DNA of 64,000 nucleotides from Pirellulales bacterium. Lineage in GTDB: Bacteria > Planctomycetota > Planctomycetia > Pirellulales > JAICIG01. The stretch lies in the NCBI GenBank assembly GCA_040901675.1, contig JBBDYJ010000031.1, positions 217,220-281,219 of the forward strand, given 5' to 3'. Positions within the stretch are counted from its first letter, which is position 1. Every line of letters starts with the position of its first letter. A program made the position numbers and the translations under genes. The notes below the pieces were generated by a model, which did not search any database, had not been told where the DNA came from, and was given only the letters and a program-made list of their open reading frames with translations. Below are positions 59,740-64,000 of this stretch, in pieces.

Positions 59740-62700
59740 ATGGAACGCAAGTATCTGGCGGCCAGCCATCCTATTGGCCGGCGTCTTTCGCTGGAGTGGC
59801 TTGAGGGCAAGCATCTGCTCGGCGAAGGCGGGCTGATCGGCACCGGTCTGTTTGGTGCAGCTTGGCTCGGCTGGGAAGCCGAACTGGAAGCAGCCGGGGT
59901 CTCCGCCGAAGTTTTCGAGTACGCATGGGGCAAAGTCGAAACCGCCGCTCTTGAAGACCCGTCCCTGGATTGGCTGGATGAAGTGCTGCCCTATTGGATC
60001 AGCCCGCCCGTCGAGGCGGGGGCGGTGGAGGAACCGACCGTTTCGTTTGATGACCGGCTCGTCCAGCAGATGCACGCGCTTGATCTGGATTCGCTCGCCG
60101 CAGGCCTGGAACCGGAGTATGTGGCAGACCGATTCAAGGCGCTTCTCGCTCAGGCCGTTGACCTGGCGATAGCTACCGGCGGTTCGCTGGCCGGCGTGCA
60201 GCCGGAAGGGAACGCTGTGCGAGAGGGAGGCAGCGAGACTCCGAAAACAACAACGGAGACGGACTCGGACATGCCGACGGTCGTGCAGCCAGTAGAAAAC
60301 GCTGAGCAAGATCCCGGCAACGAGACTCTGACAACGGAGACGGACTCGGAAATCCTGGTGATGAGTTGCCCACCAATGTGTCCACAGCCGAACATCCCGC
60401 CAACGGCTAATGACGATAGCTACACTGTCAAGCACGACCGGACACTTGTCATGGGGCCATCCGGCGTGCTCGGCAACGATTTTGATTACGATGGCCCGCA
60501 GCCTATCACCGCCAGCCTTGTGCAAGGGCCGCAAAACGGCACGCTGAATCCGTCCCTGGCCGCTGACGGCTCATTCACCTACATCCCTAATTTCCAGTTC
60601 GTGGGCGTTGATACTTTCACGTACCGGGCCTTCGATGGGGCGGACTACAGTGCCACTGCCACCGTCTCGATTGACGTAACGAACCTCGCGCCGGTTGCTA
60701 GCGACGACACCTACGGTATCGGCCATGGCATGGATCTTGTTGTTGAGGCACCCGGGGTAAAAGCAAATGACTTCGACTATGACCCTGACCCATTTGAAGC
60801 AATCCTGGTTAGCGGGCCCTCTCATGCCGACTTCTTTGCCTTCAATTACAACGGCAACAACGGCTCGTTCAAGTATCGGTCGGTTGTAACCTTTTGGGGC
60901 GAGGATACGTTCACCTATAAGCTCACGGACGGCATCTCGGAGAGCAATGTGGCAACGGTGACGATCACCGTCCGGGAGAACGCTCCGCCTATCGCGTATC
61001 CTGATGAGTACACTGTTACCTACTGTGCGACTGGCCTTGTGACCGAAGCGCCGGGCGTGTTAGGCAACGACATCGACTACGATATGGACCCGCTAACTGC
61101 CCATCTCGTGAGCAATGCCAGCGCCGGCACGGTGAGTCTCAACGCCGATGGTTCATTTACCTATACTCCCACGGGCCCATATGTCCAGGACGATAGCTTT
61201 ACATACAAGGCAAAGGATCTGACGGAGTTCAGCAACACGACCACTGTGGAACTCGAGATAATTAGGCCAACGGTGGACATTGATACGGACAGCGACAACG
61301 ATGGTCTGGTCGAGCGGAATTTCGGGGAGGAAGTCGTCGAAATGATCGCCCCAGGCAACGTTCTTCGATATAACAACGACGACGACAATGGGAACTTTGC
61401 GGAAGATCGGCTCGACGCGCCATTTCTTGACCCCGCGGGGAACCTAATGCTCGATGACGAGCTTGAGGAAGTGTATGTGTCAATTGACGGAATGGCCGTT
61501 GATCTTACCGGTTATAAGCTTGATCTTGTGATCGCTGGTTCAAATGTAAAGCTATGGAAGGGCAAGACGAAGCAGCCTTTGCAAATGAGCTACACCATCG
61601 GCATCGACGAATTGCCGCCGGTGATTTACGTGGAAGGCGTCAACCATGGGAGCGATGTTGTGCATTGGATTCTGACGAACTCCGCGGGTTGCGAGGTCCA
61701 CCGGGACAGCGTCATGTTCACTGTGATTGAGCTTGACCTGATCGCACACCGGCCACAAACCGAGGGGCCGGGATATGGCAACCCATTTCCAAAGACTGTC
61801 ATCCCGGAAGGGCAGGAAGCAGAGATCGGGATTCGTAGGAATGGCGATGACGACGACGGGGGCGGCGTGGCAGATAAACTTGAAACTGGCGTGGGCGGTG
61901 AAAACGATCTGATCGAAATCGAGCTTGTAGCGATCCCAGCCGCCCCCGCCGGCATCGAGTATCGGTTGAGTCGCAGTAATGCCAACCTCAATGTCTGGAT
62001 CAGCCCGAGCAAGTATGGCAACCCGGTTCTCAAGATTGAGGACTCCAAGCAACCGATCTCTCCCGGCACGTACTGGGTCGAGTGGGTTGATGGAGCGCCC
62101 TTTGGGACCGCGAGTTTGAGCTTTGATGCGGTCGCGAACGGAGCTCTCGCGGGTGTTGGGGACTGGGCGACGTTCGTACCGTTCACTAGCGTCGTCATCG
62201 CGTTCGGCGGTAACACGAACATCCCCCTTGATCCAAGCGACGGGGTGTATGTGATGTCGCAGAAGCTTTACGACGAAGGGTACGATGTTCACGCCTATAG
62301 CGAAGAGGATGTGGACGCGGCTGCGCAACTTCCGCTCAACGAGGTCCGCTCCGCCGTTGACGAACGAGGTGTAACGCACGTGGCGATTTTCGGCTATAGC
62401 CAAGGAGGTGGTGCAACGTACGTGCTGTCGGAGCAGCTTGCCGCCAATCCGCCGGCGGGGACGTACGGTATTGCGTTTACTGCGTACATTGACGCGATTG
62501 AGCATGATTGGTCGACTGCCGAACAGCGATTCCCTATCGGCTCTACTTACCACGTGAATTACTACCAGCGCATCGATCTGTTGTTAACAGGAAACGCTGT
62601 TGGCCCGCCGGCAATTGACGTTAACGTCAGCAACACGATTTGGGGGGCGAACCTGGACCATGATAGCTTCAACAACAGCATCGACAGTAATGTAACTGTC

Positions 62701-62787
62701 CAAAACAGAATCCTGAATGGTTTCGCCGGCCCCGTCGATCAGAACAATCCGGCGCATAGTGGACTTAAGAACAGGACGCCCAAATGA
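59740..62787 (+). CDS. Large exported protein: Planctomycete export motif, three cadherin/Ig-like repeats, Asp-rich domains, C-terminal alpha/beta-hydrolase (putative polymorphic toxin)
   Basis: RRLSLEWLEGKHLL; three PxAxDDxY...GVLxND...DGSFTY...DTFTY repeats; DTDSDNDG, NNDDDNGN and NGDDDDGG; GYSQG at 62392-62406. Confidence 0.75.
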   Translation: MERKYLAASHPIGRRLSLEWLEGKHLLGEGGLIGTGLFGAAWLGWEAELEAAGVSAEVFEYAWGKVETAALEDPSLDWLDEVLPYWISPPVEAGAVEEPTVSFDDRLVQQMHALDLDSLAAGLEPEYVADRFKALLAQAVDLAIATGGSLAGVQPEGNAVREGGSETPKTTTETDSDMPTVVQPVENAEQDPGNETLTTETDSEILVMSCPPMCPQPNIPPTANDDSYTVKHDRTLVMGPSGVLGNDFDYDGPQPITASLVQGPQNGTLNPSLAADGSFTYIPNFQFVGVDTFTYRAFDGADYSATATVSIDVTNLAPVASDDTYGIGHGMDLVVEAPGVKANDFDYDPDPFEAILVSGPSHADFFAFNYNGNNGSFKYRSVVTFWGEDTFTYKLTDGISESNVATVTITVRENAPPIAYPDEYTVTYCATGLVTEAPGVLGNDIDYDMDPLTAHLVSNASAGTVSLNADGSFTYTPTGPYVQDDSFTYKAKDLTEFSNTTTVELEIIRPTVDIDTDSDNDGLVERNFGEEVVEMIAPGNVLRYNNDDDNGNFAEDRLDAPFLDPAGNLMLDDELEEVYVSIDGMAVDLTGYKLDLVIAGSNVKLWKGKTKQPLQMSYTIGIDELPPVIYVEGVNHGSDVVHWILTNSAGCEVHRDSVMFTVIELDLIAHRPQTEGPGYGNPFPKTVIPEGQEAEIGIRRNGDDDDGGGVADKLETGVGGENDLIEIELVAIPAAPAGIEYRLSRSNANLNVWISPSKYGNPVLKIEDSKQPISPGTYWVEWVDGAPFGTASLSFDAVANGALAGVGDWATFVPFTSVVIAFGGNTNIPLDPSDGVYVMSQKLYDEGYDVHAYSEEDVDAAAQLPLNEVRSAVDERGVTHVAIFGYSQGGGATYVLSEQLAANPPAGTYGIAFTAYIDAIEHDWSTAEQRFPIGSTYHVNYYQRIDLLLTGNAVGPPAIDVNVSNTIWGANLDHDSFNNSIDSNVTVQNRILNGFAGPVDQNNPAHSGLKNRTPK

Positions 62788-63593
62788 AGGCAGCGATCGT
62801 AGTGCTCGCATTGATGCCGGTTGGGAAGGGCATGCCCGACCCTCAACTGCAACAGAGAATCAACGAGGCTATCGATGTTCTTAGTCGTGAGGGAAGGTTC
62901 CCAGCAAGAGATGCGGCGAAGCCGCTGATTGTGCTTGAGGCAGCAGCCCGCGATACGGAATCCCACGTCGCTCGAGAGCTATTGCACGCCTATGCCATCG
63001 CGTCAAAGCAGGCGGATGGGGACGGGCGCACCCTCAAGGTTCTTAAGCTCCTCGAGGTCCTGGAAATACCGCGCAGTGCAGTGGCCGAGGCTGTGATACC
63101 GTACCTGGATGCTGATGACAAGGCAATGCAAGGGGCGGTTGAGGAATTCATGGACTTCGTGGAGGGCCGCTGTGACGAGCCGGATTACAGTTACTATCTC
63201 AATCTTATGCAGGCTGCTAGGGATCGACCTCTACGGTCCCTTATACGGTACATGATCGTCCAGACTCCAGGCCGCGCTTTGGTCATGCTGGTAAGGCAGC
63301 AGCGCGTTGTCTCTCCGGAGAGGCGTGCGCGTTGGGACGATCTGCTTTTGTCGGAACATGTCATCAGCAGCGCCATTTGGAAGCTGAAGGGTGGATTCGA
63401 GGCTACCGACGATGTGCGGACGGCACGCGAGGAATTGGCAAAGCTGGTCGAGCAAGAGGAATGGTGGATCAGGCTCTATGTCGTGGAGGTTCTCCGCTAC
63501 CAGAAGGAGTTGCGCGCCCATGGCATGATTGAGCGTCTCAAGACGGACCCGGATGAGGTAGTGCGTCAGGCCGCCGAAGCAATTGGCAAATGA
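62784..63593 (+). CDS. Helical/HEAT-repeat-like protein with signal-like N-terminus (putative immunity protein)
   Basis: ATGA overlap with the upstream stop; MKAAIVVLALMP; C-terminal WWIRLYVVEVL...LKTDPDEVVRQAA. Confidence 0.65.
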   Translation: MKAAIVVLALMPVGKGMPDPQLQQRINEAIDVLSREGRFPARDAAKPLIVLEAAARDTESHVARELLHAYAIASKQADGDGRTLKVLKLLEVLEIPRSAVAEAVIPYLDADDKAMQGAVEEFMDFVEGRCDEPDYSYYLNLMQAARDRPLRSLIRYMIVQTPGRALVMLVRQQRVVSPERRARWDDLLLSEHVISSAIWKLKGGFEATDDVRTAREELAKLVEQEEWWIRLYVVEVLRYQKELRAHGMIERLKTDPDEVVRQAAEAIGK

Positions 63594-64000
63594 CGAACCC
63601 CTATCAAAGTCCGGGACTGGGGCACGCCCTCGATAATCGGAGCCGGCTCCGTTGGGCGAAGAGAGGCGCGTGCGGCGCGAACCTGTCGCTCGTCGTATAC
63701 GGCCTTCTCTTCTGGGTGTACGTGGCGTGGCGGGACTTCAACAGCGAAACCGATCGACTCATTGGCTGGGGAGCCATTGCGATGGCTGGCCTCGGACTGC
63801 TTTTAGCCGCCTGGGTGCTATTCTGTGGCGATTCCATGTCTCGGCTGCTGTCCATGTTCCCGGCGACCGTATCGGTGACTCTTCTTGGACGTGGCCATTT
63901 GCCGGCAGTTACTGCATGGTGGTTAATTGTAACTGGCTTTACGGTCGCATTCGTGGGTGTTTGTTCATTCGCGCTTCGAGCAAGGCTTTCACAGGGATTC
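63590..64000 (+). CDS. Membrane protein with N-terminal NPYQSP motif; runs off the window
   Basis: Not in the ORF track (no stop in window). ATGA overlap; MTNPYQSP followed by about four hydrophobic segments, open for 137 codons. Confidence 0.7.
   Translation, partial: MTNPYQSPGLGHALDNRSRLRWAKRGACGANLSLVVYGLLFWVYVAWRDFNSETDRLIGWGAIAMAGLGLLLAAWVLFCGDSMSRLLSMFPATVSVTLLGRGHLPAVTAWWLIVTGFTVAFVGVCSFALRARLSQGF

Overview
High-GC bacterial chromosome segment, most likely a Planctomycete (Pirellulales-like). This rests on the 16S signature, a DUF1559 prepilin-like gene, an RRLxxExLExxxLL export motif and an NPYxxP membrane protein. Layout: (1) 1-9.8 kb, a surface-glycosylation cluster (GT4, GT9, two GT-C/ArnT-like membrane transferases, a polyprenol-P-sugar synthase-like GT2 and a flippase-like protein); (2) 10-34 kb, mixed housekeeping genes (Nramp transporter, PilZ, deacetylase, DUF1559, UDP-GlcA decarboxylase, PcrA/UvrD, OYE, mfd, parvulin PPIase, CYTH, gltA, AKR, a TA pair inserted in front of pcp, an apparently inactive M14 peptidase homologue); (3) a stand-alone 16S rRNA gene with its own promoter, boxA, processing stem and terminator; (4) 38.7-54.6 kb, a Wzm/Wzt polysaccharide locus with methyltransferases, a sulfotransferase-coiled-coil protein and WecA; (5) a metal-handling patch and a three-gene pseudogene mosaic; (6) from 59.7 kb, a lower-GC, translationally coupled three-gene operon resembling a polymorphic toxin/immunity system. 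Its first gene carries the Planctomycete export motif, Ig/cadherin-like repeats and a C-terminal alpha/beta-hydrolase. Other notable items: a diverged spare copy of the last 16 codons of the DUF1559 gene right behind it, a relic pcp 5' end bracketing the TA pair, GTAG-type REP clusters and sigma54-type promoters. All product calls come from motif recognition by eye; no database searches were run.
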